Origin: a virus
DNA: 64,000 bases
Virus record (IMG/VR): IMGVR_UViG_3300022700_000278
Coordinates: 32,001-96,000 of that record
Reading direction: 5' to 3' (one strand)
Shown here in pieces: positions 8,201 to 17,002 of this stretch (positions are counted from its first letter, which is position 1; the number at the start of each line of letters is the position of its first letter). Made by a program: the position numbers and the translations under genes. Below the pieces are notes generated by a model. It was not told the DNA's origin. It did no database searches and saw only the letters and a list, made by a program, of their open reading frames with translations.

Positions 8201-9737
8201 CTCTCGTACTGCGACAGACATGTTTGAAGAAATGCAGGCAGCAGCACCAGACGAAACAACCAGAGCCTTTCTTTCTGCTCAACAAGAGGCTTTTGAACAG
8301 GGAGAAAGAATTCCAGGGCTTGTCGGAAGATATCCTGCTGTGGGTCCTTATAGCGTTCAGCCAACATTCTTTCAAAAGGCCGACGACGCGTTAGACGAAG
8401 CAGTGTACTCTCCAGACATCGACGACGAAATCACAATTGCTGGCGAAGGAATTCGCGGAACAAGCAAAAAAGTCAGCGTTGGCCAAGGGGTCGGACAGAG
8501 ACTAGACTATGACCTTGACCGACAAATTATTTCTTTTCTGTCTGATCAAGAAACTTCTTCAAAGACGTCGCGTTATTTGTCGGGACAGCTTGCAGGAGAT
8601 TACGAAGAATTTCTTGGAAGGCACTATGGCCTACAGCAATTGTTTGAAGAAAACAAGCCAGCAGGTGTTGATGTTGCAAGAGGCATACAGGAAAGGCTTG
8701 ATAGTGGAGCAAAACACTATATTGGGCAAATGGGAATTGGCAAAACAAATGTTGCGTTAGAAAAATTTCGTCGGGCCTCTGCTTTGAGAGGCGCTGACTT
8801 CCAGGCAAAATACGAACCCCTGCTTTGGCATATGGAGGAAACGGCTACTATTATGGCAAAGCATGGTGGCGCTCACGCTGCAGAAGAGCTCTATTCTAAA
8901 TATGGACGAGCAACTGCAGCAATAGAGAGAGGAAGAGTAGATGAAGGCGCAAGGCTTCTGCAAGAAACCATCGAAGCGCTGGGCGGAAAGGAATCTGCTA
9001 GGCTAAGTGTGTCCTTTGCCAGAACGGGCAGAGAGGTTGCGTATGATTACGATCCTTCTTCGATGGCACAGGATCTGTCTAGTGCATACGCAGAAACACA
9101 CGATGAAATTCGGCCTGCCATGGACATTAGTCGACAAAGCAAACGGGCTGCCGTAAACCTTTCGGAAGAAGAGATTAAAAAACAAATCAGCTTGTTAGAA
9201 AGTCGAGTGCAGGTTGATGCAGCACAAGTGATTCGAGCACAAAGAACAATGGGATCAGCTAGCATAGGGGCGAGAACACAGAGAGCTGCGACTGTCGCAA
9301 GGAGTCGGTATAGGGCAATAGGCAATGTGTTAAAGAAGGGTAAGGGGCCAATGGCCTTGGGTGCTGCTGCGGCGGCTGGTATATTATTAGCATCACCACC
9401 TGTGTCTGGCACCATACCTGCCAATCCAAACATAGAGGGTGCTGCTGGTGGGAGAAATATTAATCCAGAAGATTCTATCCCACCGTCTGGGCCGGGCATG
9501 AGGCCTCCAAGGTCTGGAATGAGAGCCTCTCCAAAAGCTTACCTCCAGAAAGAAGGGTCTACGATGGCGAACATGAGAGCAACTTCTTCTGATTTTGGAG
9601 CGGAAAGGGTTTCGGAGACTCTAAGGCAAATGAGAGAATTGGAGTCAACAAGGATGCGCTCTAGAATAAAAATATCTGACAATCGAGAATCTCTAGATTC
9701 GAGAATGTTGGCAGACAAAATTTACCGGAGTATGTAA
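5256..9737 (+). CDS. Putative single-chain two-barrel RNA polymerase (beta-like plus beta'-like modules), probably virion-associated
   Basis: 1493 aa, GTG start overlapping the upstream stop. Collinear motifs: EEMGIMS, KEVVHMRDGDVQKFFSAGSDIK, PVDVVVP, ISSRTATDMF, PGLVGRYPAVGPYSVQ, DYDLD, EETATIMAKHGG. Hydrophobic Gly/Ala segments near both termini. Confidence 0.7.
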   Translation: MPDYREERSPLWGLAATGAFAGGTAYGLQGRWQELFRATQSANTRQYSAAEQAVGGMARFAESANATGLGLLRDFAGTEVAAADAPAFKRDVAISAYEAILKGKGQTGHEEAYSVFQEVVGASDATQAASVAQRELDRLGGDVGLFSKRVEQFFPGGAYEGLAKDMGEFSGMVLSDPKTEIPFTALSTQSRSVAEETQARLGRIFKDRSVAWSPSYHKVGEQEILSATISTPGRPTHLNIPLRSDVGETYAGPGFRNKYITRGAWEITPQGVRQKSISQLYLDTLETEASMAESSVGLARAVERAKTTVQEKTMVWSPSEEMLTTGDRLRQRITASQRAYVGKDISPATIRAGIEAGGLPLGSPAQVAKGVLTDVDWQKELLGPLGELMPAHRRPLQFIREGWQLSDIARTEQGGTYAREGALGELASRFSPAVAPGFEEATRGHVAPAASTFYLKPGATDYSKQLAEEMGIMSREAAALQKWERVSSQKLRVAEGMPLTNEIKQHMEKETLELGKPYLFDQPVPLEPGQGLGIGDKGQIAKIRRKRGVQQFLMGYEVLDAGRIKANIKEVVHMRDGDVQKFFSAGSDIKHTIKRADPQEFLRTLGVSTAPVDVVVPGERLTKTPYALFSQQISGMQEFAAKRIDAVRAKGIISDISGLEEYVKDPLRSLGLTEDFLGSKKIQKTGQLSSAIQNRIVLGAERLGLMRSKIAPEIFGMMDPADVDRMIDVAEDLSEEVVSVETKEKLMRAIGASKGVRGSSHMFLGDLIAEGGTGNMAKWEPSLFHWLTKGGPPGLGAKWATDIERRLVGQEGAEDTVREMTRMQKSLLGEGSFVERVKAGFLDEEDFLSLGKDDLVKAQGRWVNLGQSVDEFGGKRIFIPGHEAAPQLGSLKTDTGELVRSEFENALFDLQSSLKDQSENAERKILESARNLRAIGHAQWSGAVTMRERAYGTRMLAAQRLQMIDEAEDLADNVAKYTHKISSRTATDMFEEMQAAAPDETTRAFLSAQQEAFEQGERIPGLVGRYPAVGPYSVQPTFFQKADDALDEAVYSPDIDDEITIAGEGIRGTSKKVSVGQGVGQRLDYDLDRQIISFLSDQETSSKTSRYLSGQLAGDYEEFLGRHYGLQQLFEENKPAGVDVARGIQERLDSGAKHYIGQMGIGKTNVALEKFRRASALRGADFQAKYEPLLWHMEETATIMAKHGGAHAAEELYSKYGRATAAIERGRVDEGARLLQETIEALGGKESARLSVSFARTGREVAYDYDPSSMAQDLSSAYAETHDEIRPAMDISRQSKRAAVNLSEEEIKKQISLLESRVQVDAAQVIRAQRTMGSASIGARTQRAATVARSRYRAIGNVLKKGKGPMALGAAAAAGILLASPPVSGTIPANPNIEGAAGGRNINPEDSIPPSGPGMRPPRSGMRASPKAYLQKEGSTMANMRATSSDFGAERVSETLRQMRELESTRMRSRIKISDNRESLDSRMLADKIYRSM

Positions 9738-10342
9738 TGCCTACAAAACAGCAAACACAATCTGGCGAAGGAAGTCAGAAAAAGCAAGTGAAGAAAACGC
9801 AAGAAAGCGTTGTTGTTGCTAGACAAAAGGATGTTAGAGAAGAGTTCTCTGACTTGCCGGCAGATGTTTTGGTTATAAATGATATTTTGTTTAGAGATGT
9901 TCCGATGACGGCTATTTCTATAGAGAACGAAGCAGACATAGCGGTGACAGAGACTCTTAGGACAGAGGCTCCTCATATTCAACCAAAAGGCCGAGACTCC
10001 GCAGTGGTTTCATTGCAGTTGATGTTTAGAGAGGGGCATGAGCAAACAGTAACATTGCGTAGGCTGATGGCAGAGCTACAACATAGTCCGTTTGTGTTTT
10101 TAGAAAACAATAAAGTGCGACAAACTCTTTTTGCTTCGCGCGCAGGCAAGACAGGCCCTGTTTTAGAAACGATGGCTTTTGTTGTGCATTTCGGCTCTCT
10201 TTCTATTAGCCAACAACTACCAGGCACGATTGTGTTGGATCTTCAGTTGTCCGAGTTTAACTACAAGCCATTTTCTGAGCATTTTTGGTATAGCAGTACA
10301 ATAGCGGGCATCCCTACAGAGATGCGAGGAGCGAGATCTTAA
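9737..10342 (+). CDS. Virion structural protein (tail tube initiator / hub N-terminal-like beta domain)
   Basis: 201 aa, coupled TAATG; beta-rich LVINDILF..PMTAISIE...TLRT pattern; lies between the tape-measure locus and the hub. Confidence 0.45.
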   Translation: MPTKQQTQSGEGSQKKQVKKTQESVVVARQKDVREEFSDLPADVLVINDILFRDVPMTAISIENEADIAVTETLRTEAPHIQPKGRDSAVVSLQLMFREGHEQTVTLRRLMAELQHSPFVFLENNKVRQTLFASRAGKTGPVLETMAFVVHFGSLSISQQLPGTIVLDLQLSEFNYKPFSEHFWYSSTIAGIPTEMRGARS

Positions 10343-10343
10343 T

Positions 10344-13300
10344 ATGCCCCGTCGAAACATTTCCGTTTGGTCTGATTATTCTCGAGAGAAGTTTTTAACA
10401 GACACTTCTGCTGCAGAGGCGTCTCTGTCTTCTAAGAGTAAGTATGGAGCAGAAGATACTCCTACGGTTTTCCCTGCTAACTCTGGTGCGTGGATGTATT
10501 ATGCCAACCACCTAGAAGGGAAGATGCCAGTACTTTCTGAGCGAAACACAGAGTATGTTGAGTTTGAATATAGAGAGTATGACATAAAGATTCCTCCAGA
10601 AGAAGCAAGAGCAGACTTGTCTTCTCTTGAAAAGTTCTTTGGGAAAACACCATCGTGGTGGGGAGACAAGACAAAGGATCCTCTCGCACAAGAGGTTCCT
10701 AACATCCCAAGCGGAACAAGTGCTCAGAAATATGCCAGCGATGTTTTGCAGCAAGGTGGCGGCAAGATGGCCGCTCGTTTTACTGCAAACAATGGCGCTA
10801 GCTATGTGATGGGACCAAGAGATCGCTTGTGGTTGGCGCGGATATTGTATGGGGAGCTTCGGATTCACAACAACAAGACCTTTAGCCATCTTGGCGGAGA
10901 TGCTTCCGATAGCGAAGTCGTTATGCATGCTTGGATGGTAATGAATCTTTTGATGACGAAATACCATGGCGGATCTTTGCGAAAAGCTGCGAAGGCATAT
11001 TCCGAAGCGCTACAAGGCAAGACTGGCAACTTAAAAGACTATGCCCAATATGGTTCTTGGCAGAAAGCAAAGAAGACATACGAAAACAACTATGGAAAGA
11101 ACACAAATAAGTTCAAGAAGGCTAAAAGAAGATTTTTCCAGGCCAGAAATCAATATATGGCAAATGTCGCCATTTGGCCAGGAGCAGAAGAGTTTTATTC
11201 TACGGGCGCCCACGTCAGTCCGACCGGAAAGCCTATCTTGATTCCAACCAAGTTGGCTGATTTTGTTAATAGGTTTGCGGCCGGGGAAATTCCAAAACCA
11301 AGCGGAATTCCTGGCAAAATATTTGATATTTCCGCAAACAGAAATAGTATTGCTTGGGGTTCGGGCAAAACCTATGGCATCAAAGTAGAAGGAGTGAAGT
11401 GGCAAAATGGCACTTCTGCTCCAGGATTCCCCTACACCGACCTTTCTCCTCCTGGGTTTGCTTTTAGAAAAGAAGCCAAGGGTTTTTGGGGTGGCGTAGC
11501 TTTCCGGCCCAACAAACATTCTGGAAAGGGTACGTCAAACAACCTGTATGTGCGCCGCAGGTCTGTTTCGGAAGATCTTTTGCGGAGTATTTCTGCAGAC
11601 AAGATTGACACGGGGATATACGCAGACGGTGTGCCCGTTGAAGAGGGTGGTATTGAGCGCCAGGCGTTGTTTGGTCAGTCTATGAGCGACCTGGCTGGCT
11701 ATCAGGGTCAGTCTGTAGATAGTTCTTTGCTGCAAGAAACGGAGAGACAAGAGAATAGCGATCAACAAAAGACAACAGAGTTGCCCAGAGAAGAATCAGA
11801 GGGGACCCTTATAAAACAGGCTCAAGATGCAAACAAGAAGCAACAAAATAGAGCTGACTGGATAAACGATCTTGCCAGGAACGGGTGGAGATACGAAGGC
11901 ATCACAGACAACAGAGAAACTTTCAAAAATATATTTTCGCAAGCCAAAAGAATTCGCATCGGCGGAAGAGATAGCGGTGCAGTCTCAATGCAGAATGTTG
12001 TTCCCGTTGCAGCAAGCGTTCAGTTTGGACATAGGCTTGCTGAGCAAAAATTACTGGGGCAGAAAACGTCTACATTCCAGTTTTTAGGCGCCGGAAACAA
12101 GTCTGGAATTATTGTTTTGTCTGCTGCTGGAGAAGCCGGCAGGCGAGCGCTTCAAGCCGTCAAGAGAATGTATGCCACTCTTAGCTATAACGCTAGACAG
12201 ATGGGCGATTTCAGAGAGGCATCTGCTGCGAAAATTAATATTGTTGCTCCAGATGGAGCCAAGAACAACATCTTTGCTTTGTTGGATATAAACAAAATCA
12301 GTATTTCTAATGTAACAGACGAGGCGACTGTACAAGACGGCGTAGACATATATAAAATGACCATAGAGTTTTTGTCTCGTGACTTCATAGAGCCCACGTT
12401 TAAACCCAAGACCGTTTTTTCGGAAGAGTTAAAACGTCAAATTGTTTCTCGTATGCTGAAGGATCTCCAGGTTCAGGAGGTAAGTTCGTTCGACAAGGTG
12501 GCTTCTGAATCTCCTGTTTCTACCACACTAGCAAACGTTGCATTTTCTCTCAGAAAAAACTTTGAGATTGGGCTGGAGTTTATATCCAACATTCCTGCCT
12601 CTCTTGCAAGTTCTTCCGTAGCAGACGAAAACAGAAGACGCTATGATCGAATGTCCAAATACGCAGATAACATCGACTTGTTCTTAAGAGCAAGCTTGCA
12701 ACATGTAATTTTCCCGTCCAAAGATATTGCTTATGTGCCGGGATACAGCAATGCAGCTCCTCTCGTAGCTGGGGTTTACGCCCCCAGTAGCTGGGGAGGA
12801 TCGGTAGGCGGAGCCGTGTCTGGTTTTGCTGAAGGTGCCCTTTCAGGACAGAGGAAAGACATTGCGTACATGTTTAAGGCGAGAGAGTCGTCTGGGAAGC
12901 CCCAGTGGTATGTTGACCTGCTGGCCAGGTTAGCTGCTGACATAAAGGGTATTTCTTCTAGGTTCCCCTTGTTAAACACCCCCGTCGGGGTTCGGCCAAT
13001 AGAAACTATTTCGATCAGGAATGCTCTTGATCAGAAATGGGAAGGAGAGAAGACCTGGGGGGATCGCTTACGAATATTTGGCAATCAGCTAGGAGGGGTG
13101 GGGCAAAAGCTGGTTTCTCTTGTTGGTGGAGAGGGGGTTTCTGTTGAAGGAGAGAGGGTGAGGGGGTTTTATGTTGCAGACTCTCCTGACGAAGCTTCCA
13201 GGATTGGTGCACAGCAGTTTGCTTCGCTGACAGCAATTTTCAATCAAGTTGCTGTGCAGGCCCTACAAAGAGCAAATGACGGAGAGGGCTTCGCAAATGT

Positions 13301-16300
13301 TTTTGGAAAAGAAGTTGCCGATCAGGTACTTGAGTTGTCTGTTGCTGAATATGGCTCTTGTTATCCTGATCTAGACTTGCCGAACATAGCAAACACCAAA
13401 ATAAAAACAATGCCAAGCTTTTTCATGTACGAGGACGCTCTTGAAAGTCCTGGTTTGGCGCAAATCAACAATGATGCCGGCGTGCTAGATCAGCTTGTGT
13501 CTAGACACCTAGAAAATTCTGCGAAAAGCGTTTCGAGGTTTATTGGAAAGGGAGGCGCCAGCAAATTATTTGCAACTAAAAACGCAGACTATTTGCAACA
13601 GGCAAGAAAACAATATGATGAAATAGATAAAAAGGAAAAAGCATATAACGGAGAGCATGGTGCTTTTGCGGCTGATGGCAATGGGGCAGAAAATCCAGTA
13701 TCTGAATCTGCGAAAGTAAAAGATGCGATAGGATACAGGAGCGACAAGTATGCTGGCAATCCGACTGGTCCTGGCGAGACAACGAAACAACAACTTGCTA
13801 AGGTGTTCGGGAAAGAAGCGTCGAACGCTCTTTTGCGATTGCTGAAAGACGACAAGGCAACTTCGGTAAAAGATGCTTTCTTTACGGCAGTGGTGTCGTC
13901 TTCTTACTTAAACAAATTTGTGGATGGGCAAATAACTGGAATCGACCCGGACTTTGAAGACGAAAATGAGCTTTTTGCTAGGGCAAGAGATTTCTATTTT
14001 GCCGATGCGGAAGGCAAGCTTCCAGACAAGATATATGTAGGACCAGATGGCACACAGGCTAAAATGGATGCCGCTTGGGATGGAGATATGGGTGGCGGTT
14101 CTCCTCTGGGTGGCGACGCCAAGTCTGATCAAACCTCGCCTCAAGGGGGCTTGCCTTCTGCTTCTGCCCCAGATGGTGCTGCAGTAGGCGGAGTAAACTT
14201 TGGGGAACAACAGTCTTCTAGCGAATGGGAGGAAGATTATTTTGAGCCTTCTGCAGTAGAGCCGCCGCAAACAATTGATTATGAAGCAGCGGAAAACATT
14301 GCTGAATACAACAATCTTTTGTCGAAAATCCAAGCGACACAAGGAGCAGAGGCTCTTGGAAGATCGGTAGCAAGCGGCATTCGAGATCGTTTTAAGAGAG
14401 ACTTTAGTCTTGTCCGGGCCTTCCCCACCTTCAAGATTTTTTTTATTGACGAAGATAGCGACGAAGAGATTGGAGAGTTTCATGCTTTTGATGACTTCTA
14501 CAGCTATTCTGCCGTACAAGAAATTCGAATAACTCGGTCTAGGAAAATTGCGGCCGATCTGGCTGTGTTACGAATAACAGATGTCGCACACAAACTGACC
14601 AGGGGCAGGTTCTCTGATGTAGACTTGTCAACAGGTGACGTCAAAAACGAAGACTCGCTGGGATGGTGGGCAGAGACACAAAAAGAAAATCCATTTAACA
14701 ACAGGATTCTTCGAGAGGGGGTAAAGGTGCAGATCCGTTTAGGATATGCGCCAGAACCAGATCAGCTTGAAACTGTTTTCTTGGGGCAAATCACAGAGGT
14801 TGCTCCTTCGGAGGGAGGAAAAATACTTGAGATCGTCTGCCAAGGGTATGGGGCAGAGTTAGAGGCTGCGTCCATGAACGCCGCAGACAACGACGTAGTG
14901 TATTACTCTCCCCAGCACGCTCTTTGTGCCGCAATTCTACAGCCCTTTATTAAAAACTTTGGCCATTGGAGTTTTAATCAATTTTACAACCCTGCACAAA
15001 TCAGAAGAAAGTATCATGATTTTTGGGGATCTAATCTAGGAACAATCGATCAGCTTTTTGCGGCCTATCAGAGAACGCAAAGAGAGATGTTTTTCCACAT
15101 CCTTCGTTTGGTGAACTTCAGAAACGATCCACAGGATGATAATATTTTTGCTCCACCTCCATTTTTATACGAAGGCAGTGATCTGACGACTAGAATCTGG
15201 AACAACGCCAACGCTTATCACCCCTTTATGAATACTCCGTGGGAGGTTTTTAAAGAACACGAGCTTCGGTTCCCAGGGTATGCTGCGCTGCCGCTTCCTT
15301 ATGGACACGAGCCCAGAATGACTATGTTTTTTGGGATGCGCGGTCAACGATATTGGTCGAGCCCATGTTCTAAAGCACAGGCGTTCATAGCCAAGTATTG
15401 GACAGATTTGGTTCAGGCAGCGGGGGTGGGAAAGGATGGAGCTGAAAAATTAGCTTCAGATCCAAGAGCTAGGGCTGGGTTGCAGTATTTGAAACAAGCG
15501 AATCCGGGTCTATACAATGCGATAGCAAAAGAATTGTTTGGCCAGTCCAACTCAATTGGTCGATATATCGGAGAGGTGTCTGGTCGCTATCGTCCATTTA
15601 GGAACCACCACATATTTACTTCTGATCGCCACATCATAAAGAATGGCATTCGCACCAACGCAAGCAAAACGTTTAATGCAGTCCAGCTCTTTTATGCCGA
15701 TGACGAAGATCAATTAGACGTAGAAGAAATAGAAGAAGTTATAGAGTCGATGAAAGAAACATCGGAAGGAAAGGGCGGCGTGTATACCGCCAGACTAAGT
15801 GATAACATTCCAGACTGGCAGGTTCGAACATATGAAGACTCCTTTCCGTCTTGTGTGTCTTCTTATATGGCAAAACGATATGCTCACGGGCTGTTTTTAG
15901 AAGGCGTCAAACAAAGCTATGGAGGAGAGCTTGTCGTTACTGGTGAAGAGACCATAAAGCCATATGACGTGGTAATGATACAAGATCACATATCAGACAT
16001 GTATGGTCCTGTCGAGGTAGAGTCTGTCACGCATATATTCAACCAAGACACTGGGTTCGTGTCTGTCATTAACCCAAACATGCTTGTAGACTCAAATGAC
16101 ATGTGGTCAAAGGGCATAACAAGTGCGGTAACCCAGTCGCTTTCTCTTACAATGCTTGCGGCTCGTCAAAATGAAACTTCTAGCCAGCACAGGGCAGACG
16201 TTACCTCTACTGGGCTCTCTTTTGATAGCTTTTTGGCTAAGCTTGGGGCGTTTCATTTTGTTCATTGGGCCCAGACGGCAAGTCCTGTTATTTGTACTCC

Positions 16301-16511
16301 GCTTACGCATGGCGGCAAGCCGATGACAAGCATGTATACCGGAGAGAAATATTCGGCAATGTTCTCTGACATATGGGGAGAATGGCACCAGTGGTGGGAA
16401 GACTTCAACACGGGACTGGAAAAGGGAGCAATGTCTGAAGAATTCTTTAAGGCTGGCGACAGCTTGTTCCTTGATATAATGGACTTTTTCGGTCATGATG
16501 TAGGAATTTAA
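10344..16511 (+). CDS. Giant baseplate hub-like protein with a possible SleB-like cell-wall hydrolase domain
   Basis: 2055 aa, RBS GAGGAG. The C-terminal part has hub-type motifs (VKVQIRLGY..LETVFLGQITEV..ILEIVCQGYGAEL; GELVVTGEETIKPYDVVMIQD..MYGPVEVESVTHIF). The N-terminal part has DRLWLARILYGE. Confidence 0.6.
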   Translation: MPRRNISVWSDYSREKFLTDTSAAEASLSSKSKYGAEDTPTVFPANSGAWMYYANHLEGKMPVLSERNTEYVEFEYREYDIKIPPEEARADLSSLEKFFGKTPSWWGDKTKDPLAQEVPNIPSGTSAQKYASDVLQQGGGKMAARFTANNGASYVMGPRDRLWLARILYGELRIHNNKTFSHLGGDASDSEVVMHAWMVMNLLMTKYHGGSLRKAAKAYSEALQGKTGNLKDYAQYGSWQKAKKTYENNYGKNTNKFKKAKRRFFQARNQYMANVAIWPGAEEFYSTGAHVSPTGKPILIPTKLADFVNRFAAGEIPKPSGIPGKIFDISANRNSIAWGSGKTYGIKVEGVKWQNGTSAPGFPYTDLSPPGFAFRKEAKGFWGGVAFRPNKHSGKGTSNNLYVRRRSVSEDLLRSISADKIDTGIYADGVPVEEGGIERQALFGQSMSDLAGYQGQSVDSSLLQETERQENSDQQKTTELPREESEGTLIKQAQDANKKQQNRADWINDLARNGWRYEGITDNRETFKNIFSQAKRIRIGGRDSGAVSMQNVVPVAASVQFGHRLAEQKLLGQKTSTFQFLGAGNKSGIIVLSAAGEAGRRALQAVKRMYATLSYNARQMGDFREASAAKINIVAPDGAKNNIFALLDINKISISNVTDEATVQDGVDIYKMTIEFLSRDFIEPTFKPKTVFSEELKRQIVSRMLKDLQVQEVSSFDKVASESPVSTTLANVAFSLRKNFEIGLEFISNIPASLASSSVADENRRRYDRMSKYADNIDLFLRASLQHVIFPSKDIAYVPGYSNAAPLVAGVYAPSSWGGSVGGAVSGFAEGALSGQRKDIAYMFKARESSGKPQWYVDLLARLAADIKGISSRFPLLNTPVGVRPIETISIRNALDQKWEGEKTWGDRLRIFGNQLGGVGQKLVSLVGGEGVSVEGERVRGFYVADSPDEASRIGAQQFASLTAIFNQVAVQALQRANDGEGFANVFGKEVADQVLELSVAEYGSCYPDLDLPNIANTKIKTMPSFFMYEDALESPGLAQINNDAGVLDQLVSRHLENSAKSVSRFIGKGGASKLFATKNADYLQQARKQYDEIDKKEKAYNGEHGAFAADGNGAENPVSESAKVKDAIGYRSDKYAGNPTGPGETTKQQLAKVFGKEASNALLRLLKDDKATSVKDAFFTAVVSSSYLNKFVDGQITGIDPDFEDENELFARARDFYFADAEGKLPDKIYVGPDGTQAKMDAAWDGDMGGGSPLGGDAKSDQTSPQGGLPSASAPDGAAVGGVNFGEQQSSSEWEEDYFEPSAVEPPQTIDYEAAENIAEYNNLLSKIQATQGAEALGRSVASGIRDRFKRDFSLVRAFPTFKIFFIDEDSDEEIGEFHAFDDFYSYSAVQEIRITRSRKIAADLAVLRITDVAHKLTRGRFSDVDLSTGDVKNEDSLGWWAETQKENPFNNRILREGVKVQIRLGYAPEPDQLETVFLGQITEVAPSEGGKILEIVCQGYGAELEAASMNAADNDVVYYSPQHALCAAILQPFIKNFGHWSFNQFYNPAQIRRKYHDFWGSNLGTIDQLFAAYQRTQREMFFHILRLVNFRNDPQDDNIFAPPPFLYEGSDLTTRIWNNANAYHPFMNTPWEVFKEHELRFPGYAALPLPYGHEPRMTMFFGMRGQRYWSSPCSKAQAFIAKYWTDLVQAAGVGKDGAEKLASDPRARAGLQYLKQANPGLYNAIAKELFGQSNSIGRYIGEVSGRYRPFRNHHIFTSDRHIIKNGIRTNASKTFNAVQLFYADDEDQLDVEEIEEVIESMKETSEGKGGVYTARLSDNIPDWQVRTYEDSFPSCVSSYMAKRYAHGLFLEGVKQSYGGELVVTGEETIKPYDVVMIQDHISDMYGPVEVESVTHIFNQDTGFVSVINPNMLVDSNDMWSKGITSAVTQSLSLTMLAARQNETSSQHRADVTSTGLSFDSFLAKLGAFHFVHWAQTASPVICTPLTHGGKPMTSMYTGEKYSAMFSDIWGEWHQWWEDFNTGLEKGAMSEEFFKAGDSLFLDIMDFFGHDVGI

Positions 16512-16512
16512 A

Positions 16513-16968
16513 ATGACTATACTAAAGGGAACAATTCGCGGACCGTCTAAAACCCAGTTTGGGAAGAGTCATGAAGAAACGCGAAGTCAGACGAACAAAA
16601 ACTCTACAGACAAACATACTGCTAAGGGAAGAAAACACAAAGCAATCTTGTCTAGGGTTTTGTCGAGAGACATGGAGGGAGAAAAAATATTATTTCCTTA
16701 CGCACAAGTAAAGCTTTTGGTCAGACGGGGCAAGCGTTATAGTATTGTAGAGTGGCCGTATTGGCTTAGAATTACAAACCCTCCAGACGAGATTGATGCT
16801 ATCCACGGCGGGCTACAGAATGTCAGCGAGACACATCCTCTCGTAACAGTAGAGTTTACCGGAAAGTCTCAAAAGAAAGGTACAGTCATACTAGGTTCTT
16901 TGAGTGCCGACGTAGACGATTATGGCGGCGGGGAAATAAAAGAATACGATGGTCTTATGATAGTCTGA
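16513..16968 (+). CDS. Hypothetical baseplate-region protein (possible spike N-terminal domain)
   Basis: 151 aa ORF in the operon between the hub and the gp25-like gene. Confidence 0.45.
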   Translation: MTILKGTIRGPSKTQFGKSHEETRSQTNKNSTDKHTAKGRKHKAILSRVLSRDMEGEKILFPYAQVKLLVRRGKRYSIVEWPYWLRITNPPDEIDAIHGGLQNVSETHPLVTVEFTGKSQKKGTVILGSLSADVDDYGGGEIKEYDGLMIV

Positions 16969-16972
16969 GAAA

Positions 16973-16981
16973 TGCTATAAT
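16973..16981 (+). promoter_or_regulatory. Extended -10 promoter element TGCTATAAT
   Basis: Perfect TGnTATAAT in the short gap before the ORF at 17003; no canonical -35 seen. Confidence 0.55.
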
Positions 16982-17002
16982 ATTCAAGAGAAAGGGTTTT
17001 TT

